A stretch of DNA of 64,000 bases from Octopus vulgaris (GCA_951406725.2 OX597830.1:34658001-34722000); one strand, 5' to 3'. Numbered from the stretch's first letter, positions 14,613-27,902 are shown. The notes: generated from the letters alone by a model not told the origin. Made by a program: numbers and translations.

Positions 14613-14751
14613 TCAGTAGCGAACGCAAACGCCGTCTTCATTGCCACACCTTCGAATTAGAAGTATCTGCAGGATGTAACAGCTGGAAGAAAGTGGACAG
14701 AGAAAGGGCTTCAGCGCAGTATTCTCAGCTGTACTTGGTTCTATTGACCAG
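14613..14751 (+). other. Candidate 139-nt spliced exon, coding status unknown
   Basis: Pyrimidine-rich tract + AG at 14611-12; CAG|GTAAGG donor; one open frame (SSERKRRLHCHTFELEVSAGCNSWKKVDRERASAQYSQLYLVLLT); non-repetitive. Confidence 0.3.
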
Positions 14752-14801
14752 GTAAGGACGTTGGTGTGTGTGTGTGTGTATATATATATGTATGTATGTA
14801 T

Positions 14802-15138
14802 GAAGGTGCATTGCCCAGCGGTTAGAACGTCGAGCTTACGATCGTGAGGTTGTGAGTTCGAATCTCGGACCGGGCTCCGTGTTGTGTTCTTGAACAAGAC
14901 ACTTTATTTCACGTTGCTCCAGTTCACTCAGATGTAGAAATGAGTTGCGACGTCACTGGTGCCCCAAATTGTATTGGCTCTTGCCTTTCCATTAGATAAC
15001 ACCGGTGGCGTGGAGAGGGTATGCCGGTATGCATGGTCGACTGCTGGTCTTCCATAAACAACCGTGCCCGGACTTGTGCCTGGGAGGGTTACATTCTAGG
15101 TGCAATCCCATGGTCAGTCATGACCGGTGGGGGGTCTC
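14802..15138 (+). mobile_element. tRNA-derived SINE (octopus OK-like)
   Basis: A-box-like TGCCCAGCGG, B box GAGTTCGAATC, conserved gtgttcttgaacaagacacttt core. Confidence 0.75.
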
Positions 15139-15174
15139 AGCATATATATGTATGTATATATGTATATAAATGAA

Positions 15175-15382
15175 TGTGTGACCGCGTGTGTACCGTTGGC
15201 GATTTTTTTTCCTCTGTCTTCCCTTCTCTGGATCTTTCCTTCTATGTTTCCGACGAAGAGCTCCGCTCGAAACGTTAAACCCTCCTTCTTTCCTTCTTTC
15301 CTGAGCGTCCAATAATACTATATTTGTTCCACGTCCTCGCGTTGTTGTGTTTTCTCTTTGTGTTTTCATGTTTGGATTAACT
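15175..15382 (+). mobile_element. Penelope pLTR-like repeat carrying a hammerhead-like motif
   Basis: Contains the motif at 15246-15280; related reverse copies near 18940-19045 and 51785-51975. Confidence 0.5.
15246..15280 (+). ncRNA. Minimal type I hammerhead-like motif (variant core CCGACGA)
   Basis: GTTT-CCGACGA-A-GAGC(TCC)GCTC-GAAA-CG-TT-AAAC. Confidence 0.55.
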
Positions 15383-15395
15383 TTATATATATATT

Positions 15396-15449
<54 letters not shown>

Positions 15450-15991
15450 ATATGTGTGTATATGTATGTTTGTATGTACGTATATGTATGTATATACGCA
15501 AACACACCAATTTGCTTAGAGTATCAATTTTATTAGGTGATATCTTGTTCGCACAAAAGAATCACACACACACGGACTCAGTGAAATATCACGAGAATAA
15601 AAAAGAGATAGGCATGTGTGTGTCTGGGTACGGATATGCAAGTGTGTGTGTACGTCTATGTGCAGATGAGTGAGAAAGTGAACGTGTATGTGTAATTGAT
15701 TAGTAGGTTGTGGTTGACCAAGACAGACGGTGTAAGTAAGCTAGACAACTACATTGAGAAATACACTAAGAGCTTTGTGGTGATGCGCAACCTATTAGCA
15801 GTGTTTGTACACATACGTGTTTGCTTACACACACACACATATATATATAATTTATAAGTAAGAGCAAAAAAAAAATTTTTTCTAATGCCTAAATATGCCG
15901 AAAAAAGACACTACGTCAATAACCATGTAATTTATCACTACAATCACGTGTTTCAAAGAAAGCCGATAGAAATTTCTAAAAAATTCCGTTA

Positions 15992-16052
15992 TTACCATAT
16001 CGGAGCCGATTTCAGAGTTAGTTCGTAAGAACCTTCTCTTCATCAGTGATAA
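15992..16052 (-). ncRNA. Type I hammerhead ribozyme motif, canonical core
   Basis: TTATCA-CTGATGA-AGAG...CTCT-GAAA-TCGG(CT)CCGA-TA-TGGTAA; all three stems pair; AUA cleavage triplet. Confidence 0.75.
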
Positions 16053-16852
16053 ATGCGGTAGAAGAAATAAGTGAAATACTTACTTATACCCATGGAAGAA
16101 GCGAGCACTAAGCCACGAACACAATTATATATATATTCCGTCTAATGACGTAATGTATTAGGGATGTACGTTAAGTGCTCGAGTTGGTTTACCACTAAAA
16201 ACTACGAGTTGAATTGCAGCTAAAACAAAAGTGGTGTTGTAGTTGCCTAAATGTAGCTATAAGTGGGTCATCGTTTGAGTGGGTATATATATATATATAT
16301 ATGAGAAAGTATGAACAAGCAAAACTGGTGATGTCGCTTCATAGATATTTAATAATTCAAATATATATACAGAGTTGCTACACTAAATAAGGAAATAAGA
16401 AATAATGCATAAAGTCTCTTACAGCATTGCACGTGGTGTATAGGTCATTGGGCAAAGATTTTCTTATAAGCCAATTATACGCTCTTCAGAGAACAAGAAA
16501 TACGGAATAGCCTCAAATGATATTAGTAGCTACCAATCGAAGAATTAAGGAATATCCTTACTAAAAGAAAATGGTGGTTACCAGTTCCCGCGTCGAAAAT
16601 GGCACTGGTTACTTCTATTACATTTTACTAGTTATAATCTATCTGACAGCTTTCTGTACAGCCTGCGCACACTCGGTTTTACTTACAAAGTTTAATTCAA
16701 TCCAATAAGATAGAAAATGTCATTGAGTAAGATCGCACCTGAGCCCTCGTTATTACGAATTAAACTTCTTAACCATTGCACTAGCCTATGTCTAATATAT
16801 ATGATCACGTGTGTACTTGTATGTGTATGCAATGTATTTATCAAGGTGATCC

Positions 16853-17239
16853 GTGGAGGCGCAATGGCCCAGTGGTTAGGGCAGCGAACTCGCGGTCGGA
16901 GGATCGCGGTTTCAATTCCCAGACCGGGCATTGTGAGTGTTTATTGAGCGAAAACACCTAAAGCTCCACGAGGCTCCGGCAGGGATGGTGGTGATCCCTG
17001 CTGTACTCTTTCACCACAACTTTCTCTCACTCTTACTTCCTGTTTCTCTTGTACCTGTATTTCAAAGGGCCAGCCTTGTCACATTCTGTGTGTCACGCTG
17101 AATCTTCCTGAGAACTACGTTAAGGGTACACGTGTCTGTGGAGTGCTCAGCCACTTACACGTTAATTTCACGAGCAGGCTGTTCCGTTGATCGTATCAGC
17201 TGGGACCCTCATCGTCGCAACCGACGGAGTGCTCCATAG
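16853..17239 (+). mobile_element. tRNA-derived SINE (OR1-like), full length
   Basis: Highly similar to 5828-6214; 13-bp TSD atcaaggtgatcc (16840-16852, 17240-17252). Confidence 0.9.
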
Positions 17240-17511
17240 ATCAAGGTGATCCAGCATTAGGCATACTATCATATTCTTTCGTATACTAGACACTGTGTTT
17301 TATCAATTAAATACCTTTATAGATAAGTAATAAAATGGGTGTTTCTAGTTGTTACTCGTTATCTATATTGCGTCAATTATAAACAAATGATACTTTCGCT
17401 TTCACTTCAGACAAGAGTCAAAACATACATACACATTTTTCGTTTGTGTGAGTGTGAGTGTGCGTGTGTGTTTTCGTGCGCGCGCGCGTGTGTGTAAAGA
17501 TAGATAGATAC

Positions 17512-17610
<99 letters not shown>

Positions 17611-17871
17611 TGTGTTTCTTTATTAGCCACACAGGGCTGCACACAGACAGAACAAATTACAAGGTAGAGCTTTTCTTTTGGGGGTAAAAAAAGGGGCTGG
17701 TTTTCGATCAAAACGGATCGTAAAAGGAAAGAAAGAGGACAAAAAAGGGGGGGGGAAAGGGGAGAGGAAAAAAAGTTGATCAATAGGGATCGTAATCACA
17801 GAAATGTCAATATGAAGTGTAAAGGGGAGGACAGGTGAGGTTTACCCGTGGAAAGAAAAGCCTACGGAAAA
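17611..17871 (-). mobile_element. Tx1/L1-like LINE 3' UTR inside (GATA)n (copy 3)
   Basis: Same sequence as copy 1, different 5' truncation, GATA arrays both sides. Confidence 0.8.
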
Positions 17872-17941
<70 letters not shown>

Positions 17942-18042
17942 CAAAACCATACACATTGCAACCTTTGTGCGCAAAACCGAATATCAGTGCCTAATACGGT
18001 CTCATTTAGATAGCGAGTTCGCGTTCTTGCATGAGCAGACTT

Positions 18043-18454
18043 ACTCTTTTACTCGTTTAAGTCATGTGACTGTGGCCATGCTGGAGCACCGCCTTTAGTC
18101 GAGCAAATCGACCCCAGGACTTACTCTTTGTAAGCCTAGTACTTATTCTATCGGTCTCATATGCCGAACCGCTAAGTTACGGGGACGTAAACACACCATC
18201 ATCGGTTGTCAAGCGATGTTTGGTGGGGGGAGGAACACCGACACACAAAAATATACACACGCACACACACACATATATATATATACACACACAAAAACGA
18301 CGGGCTTCTTTCAGTTTCCATCTACCAAATCCACTCACAGGGCTTTGAACGGCCCGAGGCTATAGTAGAAAACACTTGCCTAAGATGCCACGCAGTGGGA
18401 CTGAACCCGGAACCATGTGGTTCGTTAGCAAGCTACTTACCACAGAGCCACTCC
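18043..18454 (-). mobile_element. SINE family A
   Basis: Matches family consensus in reverse. Confidence 0.85.
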
Positions 18455-18477
18455 CAAGTGCTTTAAATTATCAATTT

Positions 18478-18640
18478 AAGGTTCTTATCAATTAACTCTG
18501 AAATCGGGTCCGCTATGATAATAACGGAATTTTTTAGAAATTTCTGTCGGCTTTCTTCGAGACGAGTGCTTATAGTGATGAATTATATGGTTATGGACGA
18601 TGTGTCTAGTTTCGGTATATTTAGCATTAGAATTTTTTCT
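18478..18640 (+). mobile_element. Inverted, truncated copy of the hammerhead-bearing repeat at 15870-16055
   Basis: aactctgaaatcgggtccgctatgataataacggaatttttt... is the reverse complement of about 15900-16030; lacks the CTGATGA half. Confidence 0.7.
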
Positions 18641-18721
18641 CTTTTGCCCTTGTTTTTAAGTTGTCCGATGAACGGCAACGGGAAACTCAGAGTAACAGGT
18701 TTTGTTGAATTTTCTCCTGCT

Positions 18722-18808
<87 letters not shown>

Positions 18809-18821
18809 TACATACATACAC

Positions 18822-18940
18822 ACGAGGGTGTGCTGAAAATTTCCTGGGTTTAAGAGTTCCGTACAACGGCTGGGTAGATGCCCAACATTTCATGATCTGC
18901 TACAAGGTTTAGAAAAGCTGAAGAACGCCGCAATAATAGT
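18822..18940. mobile_element. Mariner-type MITE fragment
   Basis: cgagggtgtgctgaaaatttcctgg resembles the ends of the MITE at 58637. Confidence 0.5.
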
Positions 18941-18976
18941 CTGAGAAGTTTGACGCTCGGGAAAAATGAAAAAATC

Positions 18977-19010
18977 TTTTACGTTTCGAGCCTACGCTCT
19001 TTAACAGAAA
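18977..19010 (-). ncRNA. Minimal hammerhead-like motif, degenerate core (CTGTTAA)
   Basis: TTT-CTGTTAA-A-GAGC(GTAG)GCTC-GAAA-CG-TA-AAA. Confidence 0.45.
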
Positions 19011-19061
19011 TAAATAAGAGGAAATATACAAAGAATGAAAGAAAGGGGTAGAGTTTAGCGG

Positions 19062-19101
<40 letters not shown>

Positions 19102-19409
19102 TTTACGTACTGAGAGAATATATACAGTATTATTTAAGTATTTGTTATGTAAAGATTCATACATGTACACACATACACACATACACTCACTCACACACAT
19201 AATCACGTCGGCAAAAACATCTAGAGACTATTCGCTGTTAAGTATGGTCCATTCTTCTCTCGTTATCTGTCAATATATTTGTGTGAGTGAGTGTGTGTGT
19301 GTGAGAGAGAGTGAGAGAAAGAGAGAGAGAGAGGGTGAGCGAGATGGGTATAAAGATTATGTGTGTGTATGTGTGCAGGAGAGTGAGTGCATTGTGTGTA
19401 TGCGAAAAG

Positions 19410-19449
<40 letters not shown>

Positions 19450-20065
19450 CGATTAAGAATTGAAGAAAGGACAACGAGGTACAGGGATGATATGCAGTTT
19501 CATTCTATTGTATATCCTCTCATTTTCTTTCACGTCCCAATACACGCTCTTTTTTCTTTCTCTCCCTTTCTCCCCCCCACCCACCTTGTCTCTGTTTCCC
19601 ATCCACTCTCACTCTTACGTTTGTTCTCTCTCTCTCTCACCCTCTCTTTCTTCTTCTCGCTTTCTCTCTCTTGCGCTCATTCTTTTTCCTCACCCACATA
19701 CATAATCGCAAACTGATGCACATCACAATCTTATATTTTGCATCACTGAACATGGTGCCTCTATAGTGTATTAAAATAAAATATAAATAAAAAAAAGAAG
19801 CAGAAAATTGTCCCTGTATACCTTATCTCTGACAGGTGTGGCATTGAAAGTGGCGGTGATGGTGATGGTGGTGTGTAGATAGTTGTGGAACATTGGGGTT
19901 GGTGGGTGAAGGATTGGTGTTGGGGTGTCTGGAGCTGGTGACATAGGTTTGGCAAAGTTGAGGAATATATTTCTGGCATTTTTGGAACTTTCTCTTGTGT
20001 AAATGCGTAAATGTACGTGTGTATATTCATAGTACGTATGTATATTCATATGTATACACACATAC

Positions 20066-20100
<35 letters not shown>

Positions 20101-20663
20101 CACATACACATACACAAATAAACACACTCTCGCAGACACAAACATGCGTATAGACGTATACGCGCATACGTACTTACACATATAAATAAATACATACGTA
20201 CATATATATATATTCATACATACATACATACAGATAAGTGTGTATGACGTGTGTATAAGCGTTTTGTTTTATGTAGTTTTGAATTGCTAGTTTTTTTCTA
20301 TATATATTTGATGCTATTTGTATAATGTTTCTCCTCAACTCTCTCTGTATATTATATATACACACATACACACATACATATATGTATATATACGTAGGTC
20401 TGGTTAGTTTCTTGTGAAAATGTATGTTTGCATAGAGCGTGTGTGTCTATTTTGTTTGAATTATCTTATCAACCATCATCCATTGTGGTTTGTGGGCCAA
20501 TTCCAATGTCTGCTGTTTGGTCTTTAGTTGTGAGTTAGCTTATTCAAAGAAGAAAGAGGGGATGAGTGAAAGGAAGGTTAAAGCAATGATAGAAGAGAAT
20601 TGATATGAGAGAGAGAGAGAGAAACAAAGATAGTTCGAAAGATAGTTACAAAGAGATAGATAG

Positions 20664-20710
<47 letters not shown>

Positions 20711-20899
20711 AGAGGGGCAAGTTGAGAGTTGGTACTCGGAAATTCAAGAAAATATTAAAGGAAAAGTAGGACACGGTGGAAGTAAAGAAAAAATGATGTT
20801 AAAGATGAACAGAAAGTTATAAAAATAGAGTTATAAAACTAGACAGAAGGAGAGAGAGAGAGAGAAAGAGAGAGAGAGAAAGAGAGAGAGAGAGAAAGA

Positions 20900-20945
<46 letters not shown>

Positions 20946-22423
20946 AAGAGAGAGAGAGAGAAAGAGAGGGAGAGAGAGAACGTACTATGAAAAATAGAAA
21001 GACGAAAGGGAAGAGAAAGAAAAGTATAAAATCTATATCGATTATTTAAGCATAAGACCATAAAATTATAAAGAGGAAGGACGATATTTCGTGATTCACG
21101 TTCATCACTTTCTCACTGGGGTATACGTGGCGCCCAGGAATATAAAACTTCATGCAGACTTTAGTTGGTGGAGATTTATTTTGACTCTTTGGTGCTCATA
21201 CGACAAAGATTTTACTGTTTTCTATATTTTGTTTTAGTAAGGTGTTGTGTCTTTCATACGTTGTCTACAGATAGATGTAGGTGGGAGCAATGACTGACTG
21301 TGTTCATAAACTGATATTGTTTCTTTTTGTTTAATAAGAGCCATCGGTTGTTGACTGCTTGTACCAGTTTATCTTTCACTGATAATTACTTGTAACAAAA
21401 TATTGGTTTTAAATTTTTGCACAAAGCCAGCAATTAGGGGGGCCAGTAGGGGTAGCTAGTAGGGGTAAGTAGTCGATTACATCGACCCTAGCACATGTAT
21501 GTGTTCAGCGTTTTTTTGTTTGTTTTTGTGTGTGTGTGCTGCCTTTGTATTCATTTCTGTGTGAAGTGGAAACTGGTACTTTATAAAAGAATTACCCAGC
21601 GGTATTCCTAACCGACTAAGTTTTCCTCATGGAAAAGCCTACTTCACCTTTTAATTCGTATTTTACGAGTAGAATGAAACGAAATTTCCTGCTGAGGTTG
21701 ATTTAGTCAACTAAAAGCATTGACGTTGTTGCCCCAGCAAACGAAAGCCAGAAACAAAATTAGAGGAACTCGTAGGAAAGATTTGACAGTTAGCATGTCG
21801 ATGAGTTTAGTAATAACGAGCGGTATTCAATTAGTGTTTGCTGCAGTCGAGTTATTAAACCACTGCTATTGTTTAGCCACTAAAGCTTAACACATTCTAT
21901 AGTGACGCTATACAGAGAAAGAGATTCTGTGACAACGAGCTACTAGTATTTGTGAAGTCACCCTACATATACATTGTATATATGATGTAACCATGATGTT
22001 CTGGTGTTTCGTTGAGATAGCTTTCTTTATCTGCACTAGTTTGTAAATATACAATTGTATTGTATAATGCGTGGCACGCATATTAGCGCAGGTATGGAAA
22101 CGTAATTTATTTTGCACAGAAATTATCATTACATGAAGGCTGCGAAACAGCCGTAATCCTAAGGATAAGTTGTTATATAAATATATTCACCTCTCATAAT
22201 ATCTGATTTTTATGGTTTTATTGCATACTACCGATCAATTGACCTTACTTAAATTCCTCATTCCTCTCACTTCCTAATGATTTTTTTTTCATTTTTCCTT
22301 CTTTCTCTCTACATTTATATTCTCCACTCCTACTAGGCTTTCTATACATTCTGAAGGAATCTTCCATATGTAAACATGTACCTCTTTGCGGCAATGTAAA
22401 CTGCCATTTAATCAAGATATGCT

Positions 22424-22510
22424 TGGCCTGAAGAATAGCCTGCGGTATGCACCTCACTTGGATATTCATCACTTCCGAGGTTCCGCTCGCTAAGAAATAT
22501 ATATAGCCCA
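22424..22510 (+). ncRNA. Type I hammerhead-like motif with extended stem II
   Basis: GGC-CTGAAGA-a-TAGC..GCGG..ACCTC...GAGGT..CCGC..GCTA-a-GAAA-TATATA-TA-GCC. Confidence 0.6.
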
Positions 22511-22740
22511 GATCTTATCTACTCCATTCTTTAACTCTTGTATTCTTATTCGCATACCAAGCAACCCTGATCGCCTGTCGTGAAATCTAAAAAGAACTTT
22601 TTTCAGTTTATCGTACTTATATACAAAAAAAATCTACAACCTTCCCTCTCAATAAATCACTATTGTCCCCGAAAGTTGTATTTTATATTTACTACAGATT
22701 CTTTGAAGCTAACTTTCTTCATACACCTCGATCCCTGGAT

Positions 22741-22821
<81 letters not shown>

Positions 22822-23031
22822 AAAAATACAAACTGGGACAAGAGCGCAAAACATTTAGAAGACGATACAAAAAACACGGACGGGACATTCGAAGCCTTCA
22901 ATCTTCAGACAAGAACAGGATCATCTTCGCAATTTCGGCTGATAAGGGTAGAAATTGATATTAATCAATTAAAACCAGTGGCTTAGCATATTTTTTAAAA
23001 AATCCGAAGATTAAAAATTGTGTTACATACA

Positions 23032-23207
23032 AAATTTAGAGGACTGACCACTTAAAGTGGACAGCCTATATGCTAAATATAGGCGTCAAATGTTTTTGGG
23101 TTTTTTACTGAGATTTTTCTTGAGAACACATTCTTCGTGGTAATGGCGATTTGACGTCTATGTTTAGCATATAGGCTTTCCACTTTAGTAGTCAGTCCTC
23201 TAAATTT
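23032..23207. repeat. Imperfect inverted repeat (arms about 60 bp)
   Basis: aaatttagaggactgac...gcgtcaaat (23032-23091) vs atttgacgtc...gtcagtcctctaaattt (23149-23207). Confidence 0.85.
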
Positions 23208-24058
23208 ATATATATGCGTGGAGAAGGTGGTTTTCAGTGTGCGCATGTGTGTACCAGGCATGTTCTTTAAGTAAATATTCAAGGTTGGCACTTGGCATCA
23301 ATAATGTAAATCAACAATATGTCTAACTACCTTGATAAAAAGAACTACAGCTTACCTGTTCTTGATTAAAATATTAGTTAATTCATTTAAATCACAATAT
23401 CCGGTTTCTCCCCATTCATTTTCAACAGATACAGCAGTAAATGATAAAAGTAACCACGAGAACTAAACTTTTTTTTACAACGTCGTAGCTCGCTACACAA
23501 CCAGCCGTACTCGAGTTTTTCTACGCTGTTTCAGTTGTCCTAATTATTTTGGCACATTGAAGCTGTTCAGTTTGTTGAAGCGCTTTCTGTTCAGGTGTTG
23601 GTTTACTATTTTTAATTGCATTACATATTTCTTTCACAAGACAGCTCAGTTTACAAGAAAAAGAGAAAATTTAAGAGAGTTACTGTTCATATTTGTAAAG
23701 TGTTAAAACTTTGAAATGAAATAAAATTACTCTAAAGTAAAAATTAGCTGAATCGTCAGAGGCAAAGAATATGAATGGCAGACATTAACAATTAACACAT
23801 CGGAAAGTATTAAAGAAACAAAATATTCTGTTAAGAGAATTAAAGAACATGTCATGCTACAGTCATTGCATGCTGCTTAATATGATAGTGCGTCTGTGCA
23901 TGTATGTGTGTCCGCGCGTGTGTGTGTGTATATTTGTGTATACCTGGTCTCTCGTCGTTCGACGATGAGGATTCCCGTCTTTGATCATCTAAATAATCTA
24001 CTCCTTAATTTACGTGTAAATGACTGAGTATTCCACAGACATTATCTTCTTTCTTTTA

Positions 24059-24427
24059 TCTTTTACTTGTTTCGGTTGTTTGATTGCGGCCATGCTGGGG
24101 CATCGCCTTGACATGTTTTAGTCAAACATATCGACTCCGGGACCATTTTTTTTTATTAAAGCCTTGTACTTATTGTATCGGTGTATTATGCCGAACCGCT
24201 AAGTTACAGAGACGTAAACACAGCAACACCTGTTGTCAAGTGATGGTGGAGGACAAACAATGCCACAAAGACACATACATAGATATTCACATATACGACG
24301 GGCTTGTTTCAGTTTTCGTCTACCGAATCCACTTACAAGGTTTTGCTTGGTCCAAGACCAGCAGAAGGCTCTCGTCCAAGGTGTCACACAGTGGGAAGCA
24401 AGCTTCTTACCACACAGCCACGCCTGT
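24059..24427 (-). mobile_element. SINE family A, diverged
   Basis: Family motifs in reverse. Confidence 0.75.
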
Positions 24428-24679
24428 GACTGTTTACTAATTAATTTGTATTAATAATGTAACTGTCTGGAAGAGCGAATGTGACAAAGACTATGACAAG
24501 ATTAGACGTTTTCTATGACAGGTAAAGATCCACCAGGTGAGCTGTTATACAGTTTTCGTCCGCCCATTTTTACTTACTACGAATGGATCGAATCTAAGCC
24601 ACAGAATACGACATTTGCCAAAGATTTCACGCGCTCCTAATAAACAGAGGATCTCATGGCTGCGAAGTTAGCTATGATG

Positions 24680-25515
24680 GCGGTGGTGGTGGTGGTAGTG
24701 TTCGTTGTTGCGGTTGCATTCGTTATAGCAGTGGCGTTCGTTGTGGCGGTTATGTTTGTTGTGCGGTAGTGTTTACTGTGGGATGGTGGTGATGATTGTG
24801 GCGGTGGTGGTACACGTTATAACCGTAGCGTTCGTTGTGGTGGGTAGTTGTATTCGTTGTTGCGGTGGTGTTGACTGCGGTGGTGGTGGTGGTGATGGTG
24901 GCGGTGCTGGTGGTACACGTTATAACCGTAGCATTCGTTGTGGCGGGTAGTTGTATTCGTTGTTGCGGTGGTGTTGACTGCGGTGGTGGTGGTGATGGTG
25001 GATGTGGTGGTGGTACACGTTATAACCGTAGCATTCGTTGTGGCGGGTAGTTGTATTCGTTGTAGCGTTGATGACGTGTGTGCGGCGGTGTCGACTGTTG
25101 TGGTGGTGGTGGTGGTGGTGGTACACGTTATAACCGTAGCGTTCGTTGTGGTGGGTAGTTGTATTCGTTGTAGCAGTGGTGTTCGTTGTGGCGATGATGT
25201 CATTTGTGCGGTGGTTTTGACTGTGTTAATGGTGGTGGCGGTGGCGGTGGTGGTGCATGTTATAGCCGTACTCTCCGTTGTTGGTGGTTAGTTAATCGTG
25301 TTCGCTGTGGTGGTAGTGGTGGTGGTGGTAGTTGTACTGGTGATTGTGACGATGGTGGTAAAGATTGCAGATGTGCTTAGTTGTGATAATGGTCTTAACG
25401 GCGGTCGCAATGGAGACTGTGGTGACGTGGTGACGGTTGTGGAATTAGTAGTAGTAGTAGTGGTGGTGGTGGTGGTGGTGGTGGTGGTGGTGGTGGTGGT
25501 TGCCGTGGTGGTAGT
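24680..25515. repeat. GGT-rich minisatellite (about 100-bp unit) grading into (GGT)n
   Basis: gtggtacacgttataaccgtagc-ttcgttgtgg-gggtagttgtattcgttg recurs near 24807, 24910, 25010, 25118 and degenerate at 25250. Confidence 0.9.
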
Positions 25516-25973
25516 TTAGTGCAAACCTAAACACAATTGTTCATCGGTTTGTTTCATACCGATATCCATCATTAGATATCATGGGATTCGTATATTTGTC
25601 AAGTAAGACAGATGCTGTTTGCCTGATTAGAGCTTCTCCTAATTACAATTATTTCTGTAATAGGATTCCATTAATGGAGAACCATATAGGTTTGCTACGT
25701 TTTGTTGCTAATGTTGCTCCTGCTCCTGCTTCTGTTTTTGTTGTTGTTTTTCCATCTTGTTCCTTTCCTCTCTCTCTCTCTCTCTGTCACACTCTCCTCT
25801 GTATTTCCATTGCTTCCCAACATCATGTTGTTGTGGTTGTTGTAAAACTATTTCACTGTGGAGATTTCAAAGTAAAAGTAAACTTCGCTGCAAAAAGGAG
25901 AAAAAAAAAATATATATATATATAAAACGAAAGAAAAAAATAGAAAAATTAAAGAAAAGCAAAAATAGTATTA

Positions 25974-26290
<317 letters not shown>

Positions 26291-26496
26291 TACGTATGTA
26301 TATTTATCTATCTATGTGTGTGTATATATATATATATATACACATATACATACATACACATACACATATACATACATGCATACATACACAGACATGTATG
26401 TATGTATCTACATATGATGCTGGTGTATATTGTACACAATGCATCTAAAATGCATGCGATGTATATTCATTATGTGTGCGTGTAAGTGCATCTGTC

Positions 26497-27075
26497 TACT
26501 CTTTTACTTGTTTCAGTCATTTAACCGTGGCCATGCTGGAGCACAGCTTTTAGTCGAGCAAATCGACCCCAGGACTTATTCGTTGTAAACCTAGTACTTA
26601 TTCTATCGGTCACTTTTGCCGAACAGCTAGTTACGGTGACGTTTAACACACCAGCATTGGTTGCCATGTGATGTTGGGGGAACAAACACAGGCACACAGA
26701 CATATACACACACGTACATTTATACATATATACGACGGGCTTCTTTCAGTTTCTGTCTACCAAATCCACTCACAAAGCTTTGGTCGGCCCGAAGCTATAA
26801 TAGAAAACACTTGCCTCAAAGTGCCACACAGTGGGACTGAACCCGGAACCATGTGGTTGGTAAGCAAGCTAGTTACCACACAGTCACTCCTATGCTGTCT
26901 GTCTAACTGTCTGTATTGTACATCTTGTTTCAGTCATTAGACTGCGGCCATGCTGGAGCACCTTGAAAGAAATCTACACACAAATCAACCCCAGTAATCA
27001 TGATTTAAAACCCGGTAATTGTTCTATCGATTCTTTTGCCGAACCGTTAAGCTACGAGGACGTAAGCAAACCAGT
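26497..27075 (-). mobile_element. SINE family A full copy (26497-26891) plus partial copy
   Basis: Family motifs in reverse. Confidence 0.8.
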
Positions 27076-27221
27076 AATCATGTTTCCTCTAAGTATTCCA
27101 AATTAGTAGATTTAATTGTATGGTGTATGCTATATTAATCCAACACTTCAGCAGTCCAATATTGTATACATTACATTATTTACATTTGATGGATATTCTT
27201 TCCTTCACTTTGTTTGTTGTT

Positions 27222-27267
27222 AACACAGCGTTTCGGCTGATTTACCCTCCGGCCTTCATCAGGTATC
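27222..27267 (-). ncRNA. Minimal type I hammerhead motif, left arm, cleavage site mutated (GCU)
   Basis: GATAC-CTGATGA-A-GGCCG..CAGCC-GAAA-CG-CT-GTGTT. Confidence 0.6.
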
Positions 27268-27342
27268 TTGGGGAAATTTCGAACCTGGGTTCTCCTTCCT
27301 AAGGTTTTTTTGTCAATGTTATTATTATTATTATTATTATCA

Positions 27343-27898
27343 TTGAGTGAGAGAGCAGTGCATGCCATCAAAGTGACACTGGGGTAAAATATACGAAGCC
27401 CAATATACCCATCATGACTACCCGTCTGATAAAGGTACACCAGGCACATGCATCACAGTCATATGTGCGCGACATGGTCATCTCATATCAAGATAAACAG
27501 CACATGACCTTGCAGGTGGGGCCCAGTTAGAATTTTCTTCAGGTTGAGTAGCCCATCCCGCTCAAACGGTCCCTGAATAAGGGTTGTTTAAGGATGTTGA
27601 AAGAACCACCCATGTTTCCAGAGGTGAACTATTGAAACCCCAAAGAATCCCTCTCAACACATGGCTATGATGCTCCCCCACTACTTCTGCTCGTGATCAG
27701 AGATGCACATATCGTCAGCCACTAAGGGACATGCTCAATTGGTTAAGGTCAAACAACTGACAAGCAAATCTGTGGTATTGAGCAGAATATTTGCTGTAGC
27801 CCATCTTTTATACCAAGACAAAACAATGTACATGATAACATTTCCAATCAGTTAAGATCAGAAGCCATGAGAGCCACTGCCTGGTACTGCATCAGGGC

Positions 27899-27902
<4 letters not shown>
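27343..27902. mobile_element. About 560-bp non-coding interspersed element inserted in (ATT)n
   Basis: Reverse copy at 49038-49552 also bounded by (AAT)n; splits the (ATT)n of the palindromic element. Confidence 0.8.

Noticed and set aside
16415-16492. Hammerhead-like remnant on the minus strand (CTGAAGA...GTA-AGAGA)
   Set aside because: GAAA box absent; too degenerate to call
21129-21140. TGGCGCCCAG resembling an LTR primer-binding site
   Set aside because: Short match, no LTR or gag/pol nearby
24807-25180. CRISPR-like repeat-spacer pattern
   Set aside because: Spacers are related GGT-rich sequence, context is eukaryotic, no cas genes
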